From assembly GCA_013239625.1 (NCBI GenBank), contig MU053758.1, positions 434,001 through 498,000 on the forward strand: DNA of 64,000 nucleotides, written 5' to 3'. The notes beneath the pieces were generated by a model, which worked only from the letters and a program-made list of their open reading frames with translations, searched no databases and was not told the origin of the DNA. Position numbers and translations under genes: made by a program. Source of the stretch: Lama guanicoe. Its lineage: Eukaryota. Below, in pieces: positions 1-12,000 of this stretch (positions are counted from its first letter, which is position 1; each line of letters begins with the position of its first letter).

Positions 1-3000
1 GGCTCAGTTAACTCACCCAGTCACCCTTCCAGTAAGTGGTAGAGGTGGAATTTGGATCCAGAACCATCTGTCTTTGCTAGTTATGCACTGACTATCGTGG
101 AGAAAATGACTAGGCATGAGCCTGCTCTGAAAACTGCACCTTCCGGTCTTGCAGAATTCCTCAATTTCTAGCAGAACAAAGGATGGCATATGAGTTGGCA
201 AGGTTCTTATTGTTCCCAGTGAATGTGGCCAGTCATTGTCAGCACTTATTGGCAAAGCCCTGAGCAGTTGAGTGTCCCCCATCCCTCCCTTGTTTGTTCA
301 CATTTTGCTAAGGATCCTTTCAGGCCCTGTGCTCAAATTCAAAAAGTGGCTAGAATGAAAAGCCAAAAGCCATAGAAGGCATCTTCTTTTATCTTGCCTG
401 CTTCAAAGCTCAAAGCAGTCTTCTGGATATGAAGTTTTTACCTTCCTGGTGATCCTGTAATGACAGAGAAGATAGGAAATGAGGGAAGAAATCATTACTT
501 GACTTCTTATGACATACTGTGTCAAAGAGGCAAAGCTGAAAGCAAGGCTGTACAAGTCAGGGTGAAAAAACTTGGCTTTAGTTTTTTCAAGTTTTGTTTT
601 TAAAACTTGAAACATTTAACCAAATGATTCTTTCATCCCATTTACAGGACACTTGTATTAAATCAGCCTTGCGAAGGAAAGCACTAAACATTTCCCACCC
701 TTCTGCAACACCTCCAGGGCCGAGAAGAGTAGTGAACATGCCTAGTCCTTCAGAAGTGGGAATGAGTCCTTCCAAATAGCCTGCCTTGTGTTTGTTTGCA
801 TGGAGCCATCCCAGTGCTCACTCACTCCCCCTTGTGGCCAAGGAAGGTCATTTTCATGCTGTCTAACCAGGGTTTGGTTGGCAGCCCCTGACTTGGAAGA
901 TCTCAGGATCAAATCCTATACCAGAATGGAAGGAAACACCAGGGTTTTTTTCCCCCTGTCTTAACTATCCTACTTGGGAAAGTGAAATGAATGTGTCTTG
1001 TGTCATTAAGAAAAACTGAAGATGGTAGTTGCAGTGTTTACTACATGTTTACACCACAGTGTTCTTTTTTTTAAATCCCCCAAATCCCTGGTCCACATTG
1101 CCTGCCCACTAACCTGGCATAATGGGAAGATATGGACAAGGATGGGAAGCTGGGGTTTTGATTCTGGCTCCACTGACTTGTTCTCTGGCTTTGTGCAAGT
1201 CCCCTCCGCTAGCTGGGAGGGGGGATTTCAAAACCTCTAAAAACCAAACAGGTTGAACTAGACACTCTCCAAGGTCCCTCCCAGTTGTAATATTCAGGAA
1301 TTTCATTAGAAAAATGTTTGAATTACATTCCAAATAAGAGCCCTGGTACAGTGTGGACACCACTGGTGGAAAGACAGGGAAAAAACAGAGTGAAAATACA
1401 TACAAAATAGAAACAATAGAGCTGGTCCCAGGTTATGGCAAATCTGGGGAGATCCAGGCCCCTTGTTGGGGGCAGGAATTTAAAAGCACTTGGCTTTAAG
1501 CAAAATGATGTAGGACCAGCTGATTCTTAAGGGACTAAAATCACCAAGACTGCTTCTGGGAGTGAGGAAATCAGTTGCTTCACTTTATGGTCGTGATCAT
1601 TTATGGGTGATCAACACAGAGGAAAAGGCTGGAGTCTGGAGGGGAGACAGGCTGAGGGGTCAGACAGGCATGGCTTCTAATCCCAGCTCTGCCTCTTACC
1701 TTAACCCTTCCGTGTTTGTCTTCTCATCTGTAATAGAGGAAAGATAATCTCTATGATATGATATTATGAAGATGAGACAGAATGTATATAAAGTACTTTA
1801 GTATAATTAATACTGTTACTTGGTAAGTAGGTTGTACGTCATAGCTACTGTTACAAGCAAATGAAACTACGTATTTTAAGTGCTTGCTATACGAAAGAAT
1901 GCAAGGTCGACTCTTTAAAAATGTTACTTTTTTTAATGCTCAAAGCAACACTTACAGAGATGAGGAAAATGAACCTCAAAAGGCAAAATTAGTTTATGCA
2001 CGCATTCATTCTTCCAGTGCATTCATTCAAGAAGCATAGGAACCCCTGCCATGAGCTAGACACTGTGGTAGGTGCTGAGAATTCAGACATAGCCTCTTCC
2101 ATCAGGGAGTTCACAGTCCAGGGCCCCATGGCTGATAATGATAGAAAGCATTTAGTGAGCACTTACTATGTGCCAGACACTGTTCTAAGCACATTGTATT
2201 ACTGAAAGTGTAACTCATTTAATTCCCATAGCTGGGGCAAACTGTTTTACAGATGAGGTAATTAAGGCAGAGGAATATTAGGTTAAATAAATTGCCTGAG
2301 GTCAAAACTAGAAAGTGGCAGAATTGGGGTTTAAATATAGGCAAACAGACTCTAGAGTCTTGAGTTCTTAGCCACTACACTACAGCTGCCTCTTAGCAAG
2401 TGATTCAAAGTCACATCTCTGACTGAAGAGGCCCTTAGAGCAGGATGTATGTACAGTAACTCAGGATGCCAGCCACAGCCCCCTTCCCTCTTTCGTATTC
2501 TTCTTAACCTTGACCTTTGGCCTCACCTCTTTGGATTCCTCAAGGTTACAAGACTGCTTTTGACCGAATTTTAAGGCAGGAGAGTAGGTAGGAGCCCCCA
2601 GGTTAGCAGGGAGTAGTAGTCACTCAGACTGGGACAGAGAAGTAGAGATATGTGAGTGGAGGGTGGGTAAATTCAGATGTCTATGGGGTCAGGTGTGTAG
2701 CCTAAACTAGAGAAATGTGATCTGGGGTATCTGAAAATGTTCCCTCTCTCTTACTGCTACTATCAGGAAAGTAATAGCACAGGGGCAACTGCTGCTTAGC
2801 TCCTGAATCAGGGAGACAATAGGGAGTAACAGGGACTGGGGTGGACTGGAAAACGTCTAAAGAGGGAGCCATCGCTTGGCTCTGGTTGATTGCTGGCATG
2901 AAGCAGTGGGGACCTACTTTTCCAAGGGAAGTGGGAACTTAGATTTTTCTGAGACATCTACATTTCCTAGTTATGGTCAGCTGCTTCTGTTTTACAGCTG

Positions 3001-4246
3001 TAACAGTGACAGCATGCCACTGAGGGCCAGGTCAGTGCTCCTGCAGGCTAGATTCAGGATGCAAGCCATAGTGGGAAACCTTTGAATGAAGTGTTCTCTT
3101 TCAGGAGCTATTGGAGAGAAGTCTGCAGGATTTAACCTTGGGGATGAAAGAGGAAGGAGAAGGCTGGGAAAAGAGAAATCCAGGGGCCCAAAGACAAAGC
3201 AAAAATAGTCACACAAGGCAGTGATGGTGGTTCGCCATCTTGGATCTGTCTCGGGTGCCACCAAAGTGGCTCTTGTGTCATAGAGGGGAAGGTGGCCCAG
3301 ACTGCCACAATGAACCATTGCCTACAGAAGTCACGGGCTCTGTTCCTTGCTCTAATGCCCAAGGCCCTCTCGTGCAAGAGTAAGCAGAATTTGTTGGGTT
3401 TTTGTTGTTTTTTTTCTTCTCTTTGAGGCAGAATAATATAAGCAGCCATGACTTGTTTTTATCACTTGGGCCAGGACTCGAAAAAGGGCCAAGACAACCC
3501 GCAACTGCAGAGGCCAAATTCAGGGTCAGTTTTCTCTCCTCGAGTTAACATTAACCTGAAGGTAAACGGAGCCACTCCTCCTCGAGGGCTTGGTCAACAG
3601 GAGCCGTTGTGGAGGCCAGGGGAGGGGAGCTGGCCGTTTACTTGGCGGGAAGGGAGCAGCCCAAGGTCAAGATTTCATGTACCTTAGTCCTCTTGAACTT
3701 TGCCAAGAATGTGCCTGTTCACTGAGCAAAACCTATCCACAAGGCCCATGTTTCATCCGTTAATTGCGCTGAGCATGGCGCCTTCTGCCCCAGCTCAGGT
3801 GTCACCTCCTGAGGACTTGGCTATAAGGGGCAGCCTTTTCAGCAGGAGAGAGGAAGAAGTGGCAGTCCTTGGCCACTTAATAACTCTGCACTCCCTCTTG
3901 GTGTGGTTACGAGCGTTCAGTGTGATGGTGCATGTGACAATTCTTTGGAAAACCTTAAGAATTGTACCCATGTAAGGGCTTATTATTAAATTATTCATGG
4001 GTAGCCTCCATATTAGAGCCTCTCCAATCTCAGTTTTGGTTTGGGAAAGAAGCAGAGAGAGATGGAAGGATGTAGTAATGTTAAAAACATGGCCGGAAGG
4101 TATAAAAGTTGTCTAGAGTTAGCAAGGTTGTGTATACCCAGGGCAGGTACACACAAGAGATCTTGTGATAGGGGAGCCTGCTGTAGTTGCATATGGCTGG
4201 TGGTAGTCCAAACTGTTGGAATCACTCTGGGATATAACATGGTGAC

Positions 4247-4260
4247 ATCCATCCATCCAT

Positions 4261-4296
<36 letters not shown>
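4247..4296. repeat. (CCAT)n microsatellite
   Basis: Tandem ccat units. Confidence 0.95.
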
Positions 4297-4490
4297 CAGA
4301 GGCTACATAGTTTTCATATTCATTAACTTCGTAAAAGCTTTTCTATACATGAAAGTGTGCATTTTAGAGCTGTTTATGTAATAGCAAAAACGGGAGCAAC
4401 TTACATGGCCATCAGTAGGGCAAGGGTTGGTTAAATTCAGCTACGTTCCTTCAGTGGGATGATATTACACAGTCATTAAAAACTAGACTA

Positions 4491-4618
4491 GGGGAGGGTA
4501 TAGCTCAAGTGGCAGAGTTCATGCTTAGCATGCACGAGGTCCTGGGTCCAATCCCCAGTACTTCCTCTAGTAAATAAGTAAGCCTAATTACCTCCCCCCA
4601 CCAAAAAAATAAAAATAA
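4491..4618 (+). mobile_element. tRNA-derived SINE (camelid vic-1-like)
   Basis: GGGGAGGGTATAGCTCAAGTGG A-box head, B-box-like GGTCCAATCCCC and A-rich tail; same family as other copies in the window. Confidence 0.88.
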
Positions 4619-5877
4619 CTCCCCCAAACTAGAGATACATCAACTTTGTCATAACCAAAGGGATGGATATGGTATGATCGTAAGTGGGCAAAAAGCAGAT
4701 ACAAAATTGTTTATATATTAGGGTTACAATTATATAAGAATAATCATGCTTAGAAGTTTAGAATAAAAAAGAATATACAAAAGGGCCAAAGTTGCATTGT
4801 TAGGGTAGAAAATTTTCTGAGCTTCCTTTAATGCTATATATATAAAATAATAATAAATCAGAATAAGTTGTAATAAAGACGTTATTAATATCTTTTTGAA
4901 AAGCCAAAGAGTTTATGAAGGAAGAACAGGGTAAGAATCAAGAGGACTCTGGGCATCAGAAGAGAGGGATTGAAACAGTGAGGAGGTCAGCGGGGTTGGG
5001 GAGGTGAGGAGAGGAGGGGAGAGGACTAGAAATTTGGCTTTGTGGTCATAGAAGCTTTGGTTGTGAAGAGGATATGAATCAGTTAATTGAGCCTGGGCAG
5101 TTCTGGGTCCGCAAAGGCAGACTAAGCACATTCCTAAGGATTAGTGAAGCAGGAGCAGCAAGAACTATGTACAAAATTTGATATTTGAAATTTTAAGCAA
5201 ACATCAAAGAAGTCATCGCTGGGGTTGGGAGATGAGAACTTTGCTGGACTTCCTTAGACATGTTTTATGATTTGGTCTTGCTTTTATTTTGAGTTGGATA
5301 GATAGGGAGACACTGTAGACTTTTCTGTGGTTGAGGTCTCTGAAGGTCTGCATCTGGCCCTGGGCTCGAATCTTGTTCCATTAGCTAAGAGTCAGTCCTG
5401 CACTCCTGAGTGCCAGCTGTGCCAGGAGATTGCGTGCGAGAGGTTTAGTGCAGTGCCCAAATAGTTAACAGACCTCCCAAAGCACCTCATCTGCATCCAC
5501 CGGGACTAACTCCCTCAGCTGGGGAGGCTTAGGGCTTGGTCCTGAGGCTGTCTCCAGACACTCACTCACTTTAATAATACGATTGTTTACCAGGTGGTGC
5601 CACGCACAGATAGCATCTCAGCTTGCTCCTGAAAACCCCAGGAGGGAAAAACCAAGGCCAGAGTTGGCTGAGTGAGTCCCCAAGGTCATAGTCATGGCAG
5701 AAGATGGCGTTAGTTCCCTGCTAGAGCTTGCACCAACTGTGGAGGTGGGGTGGCATTTTATATACTGCAACCTGTTGTCTGGTCTCTGAGTGCTGGTCCA
5801 CCACCCACATGAGCAAGGGAGGGGGTCCCCCTGCAGGTGGATCCAAGTAACTGCCGCTCTGTCTGCCCTTTCTCCAG

Positions 5878-6096
5878 GGGGGGCCAATATTTCCCCAGAG
5901 CCTCCTCCCAGGCAGGGGAGATGCTCCAGTGCCTGCCTTTGGAAGGAGAGGAAGGGACAGACTCAGAAGAGAGGGAGGATAGTTCCACAGAAGATTCGAA
6001 AGACATCGTCACCCTGGCTTTTGTGAGCGAGAACTCTGGGGCGCAAAAGGGTCTTCAGAATGCCCAGCAGCAAGGCAAGAAGAGGAAAAAAAAGAG
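5878..6096 (+). CDS. TTLL6: TTLL6 exon (approx. exon 2), in-frame ATG at 5921
   Basis: tctccag| acceptor and AG|gttagg donor; encodes [15 protein letters not shown]...[11 protein letters not shown]. Confidence 0.85.
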
Positions 6097-9000
6097 GTTA
6101 GGATTGAAAGATGGGGAATAGATATCCGTGTTGGTAAGAGCAGGAGGGGCCTGGAAGGGAGGGGTCTCATCTGCTAAGGAGTGGGTCAAGGAGAAACTGG
6201 GTGCGGAATCGCTTTCGGTTCATGTCAAAAGAACCCACTTTTGATAATCTGTTTATAGACTCAAATAATGGTGTGTGTAATCTAAAACCACGCCTTGTCC
6301 TAATCATTCTATTTGTGTTCAGATTGCCTTTTTTCCCCTTTCTTTTATTTAGTTAATGGAAGTGCTGGGGATTGAACCCAGGACCTTATGCCTGCAAAGC
6401 ACGTACTCAACCACTGAGTTGTGCCCTCCCCTCCAGAGTACCTTTTAGGAAATTGTGTGGGGAGAGATGATTTCCTTGTTTTAAGAAAGTCCTTATCGTC
6501 CTGGGAATTTAGGTCACTTTTAAAATGTAACAGAACCACACTGACTTCTTAGGCTCTGACTGCAGCTTTGGTATTCCAGTTCCCATTTAACATTTTGCCA
6601 TACCTGTTCCATTCTGGGGGAAAATGAATTGCTACTCAGACTGACTGATGTCTGAAAATTCATCTGCTTTCTAACTCACAGCTTCCCTTACTGGGTGGGG
6701 CAAGATGTGGGAGACAATTAAGTATTTTGACCAAAAAGATTTTCACTTCTGGTTCCTGATGGGTCGCTGGAATAAATGTTTTGAGGAGGTGATGGTGTTA
6801 ACATGAAGCTCCAAGCAAAGTCAGCTGCAATCATAATACAGAATTTCTAGCTCACGGGCAGAGTAGTAGTACTCTGAACCCACGTTTTCTGCTGCTCTGC
6901 AACCCTTGGGACGTGTGTCCTCAGTAACGGGGATGATCACACCGGGCTTAGTGTGGCCGCTTAGGTTTCATGCAGTGCCCCGTGGGACAGGATGTTTCTG
7001 CGTGCAGTCCCTTGTCCTGGCAAGTGTGTCTGCCTCTGTCTTGGTGCTTTCCCTTTCCTCTTTTCCAGATGATTGGTGATCAATCTAACCAGCTGCCGAT
7101 ATGAGAGCGGTGAGCATCTGCATCCACAGGATCCACCAGGGGGACCCACCAGGTTCCCCGAAAGGGTTGGGAAGGATGACTCAGGCATTCTTGAAGATGG
7201 AAAGGGGTGTCTCCAAATCCTGTTCTTTGCTACTCGCAGCTCAGTTAACTATTTGGGGAAGTTGGGAATCTCATTCCAAGAAAAAAATGGGTTTTAACCA
7301 TGGCGGTGTGTACTTCAGCTATCTATAGTTCTTGTCTATGGTTGCTTGGGGATCTGATTGCAGAGAAGGCTGCAATCAATGGCTCTTGTTTAGAGCACAA
7401 GTTACAGACTGGCAGTCTGTGGGCTGCCGATGACCTGCAGAACTACTCTGACTGCAGAGCAGAGCGCTGTTACTTGCATTTCGAATTTGGGTGCTTTGGT
7501 TCGAATTTGGATGGTTCTGACTCTCCTGGTTACGGCGGGCACTTCTCTTCCAGGCCCTTGAAGGCATTTGAGTTTGTGTAGGAGTCAGTTCCCAGTTATT
7601 AACACTAACAGGGGCAGGGGAACAAGGATGTGGTAGCAAGTCTGTGGTTTTGAAATACGTTGTGTAATTTTTTTGGTGTCAATTTACCTAATTAATCTTG
7701 GCTCTGGCTGCTGTTAAGGATTAGCTTTATGTTCCCTGAACCTTCAGTGCGAGTGTTTGGAGGGAAGCCAGAGGCCTACTTCCTGGCAAAGGCGGGTAAA
7801 ACGTTCGCCCCAGGGAGCCTTCCGTGGAGATCACTGGCAGCAGGTTGTGTTCTCCAGCAGCTTTCCACTCTGTGTCCCCTTCCTGGTGATGGTGTGTCCA
7901 GACAGGGCAAGGTGGCTTCCAGTCCCCAGGAGCCCAGTTTGGCTTCATTATACAGTCTAGGAGCACCTGCAAATGTCACTTCCCCACCTCACGCCCCTCC
8001 CCCACTTCCTGGCTAACAGGGGTTTCTTTCTCCAACTCCGTGGCAGTGCGAAGGGCCGCCCAACAGTATGGCCTCCGAGAGGGAGGGGAGAGTGGCGACT
8101 GGACTCTCTACTGGACTGACTATTCGGTGTCACTGGAACGGGTGATGGAAATGAAAAGTTACCAGGTATCTGGGTCAGAGCTGGTCCTCGGTGGGGTCTC
8201 ACTCATGACTGCCCCCCAGAGGGATCTCAGGGGTACTCCTGTGTGCCCCCTCGCTCACGAATTCCTGCTTCCTTTGCAGAAAATCAATCACTTTCCAGGG
8301 ATGAGTGAAATCTGTCGCAAGAACTTGCTGGCCAGGAATATGGGCCGCATGTTAAAGATGTTCCCTAAAGATTTCCACTTTTTCCCCAGGACCTGGTGTC
8401 TTCCTGCTGAGTGAGTGCCCACCTGCGCTCCCTTCTCCACTCCCCACCCTTGATTTACATTTCCCTCCTGTCTCTGATTCCCTGTTACTGCTTTCCCTTC
8501 CCATAGGATCTCCCATCTCTCTCTCTTCAGGAAGAGAAGGATAAAGGGAGTGTCCAAGGTTGAGAAAACACAAGGCTCTGCCTATAAAATTAGATGACAT
8601 TTAGGGGCTGGGTACCTTGGAGCCTGTGCCTGCAGTTGGGGTGAGACTTGGTTCTGACCTTGAAAGCTGTTGATTTTGAACTTGCTCCAACCTTTTCACT
8701 GTGCAGTTTCTGAATTTGTAAGGCCCGCGAGCACTTCAGAGGGAGTGAGGTCATGGTTAGTGTCCAGGTTAAGAACAGGGAGGGACACCTGACCTCTGCC
8801 CCATAGCCAGTGCTGTGGGTGGCAGCCGGCCTTTCCCCAACTCTGGTCTCACTCTGTCCATCTGGAAACTGGACGGCCATTCCTGGTACATAAAATACTC
8901 TGAACCACACCACCAAGAAACAAGAGAAATGTGAGAAAGCGTGAGCGGGGCCTGGTTACGGTCTGGTGTTTGAGACGAAGGGAGCAGGAGAGAAGCATTG

Positions 9001-12000
9001 CCATGCTTCAGAATTGTACTCATAACAGCAAGTTCATACTGTGTAGCACAGGGAACTATATTCAATATCTCGTAGTAACTTATGGTGAAAAAGAATATGA
9101 AAATGAATATACATATGTTCCTATATGACTGAGGCATTATATGCTGTACAACAGAAATTGACACAACATTGTAAATTGACTATACTTGAATAAAAATATA
9201 TTTAAAAAATTACAAAATAAATACAGAAAAAAAATGTTTAATTGAGCATCTACCATTGCCCTGAAAAAATGGCTGATATACCACTAAATGTTTTAAGTTT
9301 AAATAAAGGAAAATTAAAACATTTTAAAAAAGAAAAAGAATTGTACTCACGTGGCAAGGGCCCCCCGGGAATCTCACTCTCCCCTCTCCACCCAGTGCGT
9401 TCCCAAACCAAGAGCTCTGGGATTCCCAGCCTTTCTAGCTTGTCTGGAACAACTCTCAGGACTTAGTAGTATCTTAAAAGGAAGTGTGTTTGCCATCAGG
9501 TCGACAGGCACCTCCAGATTTCATGGTCACCAAGGAGCATTGCAGTTAAGCGACTTCTCCTGTGGGTCACAAGGCTCCTTTGAGTTAAAATGCAAAACAA
9601 GAAGTAGAACCAGACTGAGATTTGTAGTCCATTACTTTGGTTTCCTTCTTCCTTCTGAGTAGACTTTTTTGCCAAGTGTGTTCAAAGGTTGTATTTGCCA
9701 TCTCACACTGAAGCTGGAGTGGAGGTGTTACAGAGGAAAGGCTGAGACCCAGAGCCGGGGAGGAGGTTGATTGATTCAAGCCCATCATGTGCCGGGGCTT
9801 GAGTCAGATTCAGAACCCCACATCCCTATCCGCAAACTCAGAAGGTCAAACCGCTCGAATCACGGCTCCCTTAATGGCGTGTGTGACATGTACCAGCACC
9901 TGGGCTGCACCACGTCATATATGAGATAGGTGTCATTATCTTCATTGTGTAGATGATGGAGTTGAGGCTTAGGGACTTCAGGTCCTTACAAAGGGCTACG
10001 CAGCTGGGGAGTGCTGTTGCCCAGGTTTAAATCCAGGCTTGAATTCCCTCCACTGCCCATCCTCTCTCCACCGCGTGTGCTCGACTGTCTCGCCTATTTC
10101 TGGATGTCTATCAACTCCGTGGCTTATGTCACATTTTTAAAATAAAGAGCTAGCTTTCATGTTCACTAATCCCCAGCTAAAGGTGTGTCTCATTCCCTCC
10201 CTGCTCTGGTAGCTGGGGAGATTTGCAGAACTACAGCAGGTCAAGAAAAAACAAGACATACATCTGCAAGCCGGATTCGGGCTGCCAGGGGAGAGGCATA
10301 TTCATCACCCGGACAGTGAAAGAAATCAAACCAGGGGAGGATATGATCTGTCAACTCTATATTTCAAAGGTACTGCCTTGTGGTGATTATTTATTTATCA
10401 TCCACAGCCCCTGTAGCTCCCCTGGACCGATTGTGAAATGAGGGAAGGGAGGGCTGGGTGAGGGCGCAGCTGAGTCCTGTCTCCTGCCTTGGACTTTGTC
10501 AGACCTGGCCCTCTGACCAGGGCTGTGATGAGTACCTGGGCCGGGGCACCCCTGCCCTTGTAGCCTTGTCAGGGGGTCTGGCCCTGCCAGGCTGGCTCTT
10601 TGCCTCTAACAGATGGCAGCTGGGAGAGCACCTTTGGTCTGTGGACGCCCTACCTTGCTTGAGAGAGGGGATGGCCCTTGAGAGATGATGGCAAACAGCT
10701 TTCCTCCACGGCCAGGGGTATAGCCCACTGCAGGGAGGGGACCCTCCAGAAGGTGCATGGGAGGGAGGCCTGGCCGGCACTGGGGTCAGGGTTGCAGCTG
10801 CAGGGAGAACTCTGGCAGAAGCGTGACAGTAGCACAGCCATGGGTGGTGACAGCATGACCTTCATCATAGGACTTTTTTTTAATTTAATTTATTTTTTGT
10901 GGGGGGAGTAATTAGGTCTATTTATTTTTAGAGGAGGGGCTGGGGATTGAGCCCAGGACCTTGTGCATGCTAAGTATGCACTCTACCACTTGAGCTATAC
11001 CCTCCCCTTATCACTGGACTTTTTCATGTGATTTTGTTTCGTTGCCAGGAGAGCTCTTGGAGGTGGTTACTCATGCCATTTGACAGATCAGGAAACTGAG
11101 TCCCAGTGTGGTTTAGTGACTTTCGCAAGGTCACATAGTGGGTCATGGAGCCCAAATCCCCTTGTCCCCCTCCCCGACCCTGGCCCAACCCACACTCGGT
11201 AACGCAGGCATCGTTGGAGCTGACTCCACCAAAACAAGATGGGGCGCTGATGATCTGCAAGTCTGCGTGTCTCCTCTGACACTGTGTGACTTTCCTCTCT
11301 TCCCAGCCCTTTATCATTGATGGGTTCAAGTTTGACCTACGGATTTATGTGCTCATGACATCCTGTGACCCTCTCAGGATTTTTGCGTACAATGAAGGCC
11401 TGGCCCGCTTCGCCACCACCTTTTACTCCCATCCCTGCACAGACAACCTGGTGAGCTGAGGGACACACCACCTTCCCCGCCTCCCCTCGCTGATAAAAAA
11501 AATATCCTAGATAAATCTACATTCTCAAGGCATGGTGGCGATGCCTGTCATTTGCTGAATGTTCACTATGTGCCAGGTTGTTCTTTCATTTAGCCCTTCC
11601 AAGAGCCCTCAGGAATAGGGATTTTCATCTCCATTTTGCAGAGGAGGAAATTAAAATCCAGACGATTACAAGGGACTTGTCCATGGCCACAGAACTAGGA
11701 AGAGGGGAGTGTGGGACTGGTGGTCAGGTTGCCTGACTGCAAAGCCACGATACTGTGATGCTTAAGGAAGGAAGGCGGTGGGCGAGCCCCCAGCTCTCCG
11801 CCCACCTCCCCCACCCCCTCTTAGGGCTCCTGAAGTCTCAGGAGGAGGTGGAGTTTCTTATTCTCCAGGCGGTAGGATTCCCCTTCTTACTTCTTCTAAT
11901 TATTCCGTCTTTTGCCAGTCTAAGTAAGCCCCAAGACTTCACCTTTCTTTTCCGTCTCTTCAACCCCTGGGGGCTGGGGAGGGGCGCAGAGGGGAAGAGG

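Noticed and set aside
1..3000. Exons of the expected upstream neighbour CALCOCO2
   Set aside because: No recognisable SKICH-domain peptide on either strand.
4491..4570. tRNA gene
   Set aside because: The tRNA-like head is followed by a SINE body and A-rich tail, and many diverged copies with TSDs occur in the window, so it is a SINE.
7070..7072. TGA as a selenocysteine or programmed readthrough codon
   Set aside because: The context TGA-TTG is not the UGA-CUAG readthrough motif, the orthologous residue appears to be Arg rather than Cys, and I saw no convincing SECIS in the putative 3' UTR by eye. A SECISearch run would settle it.
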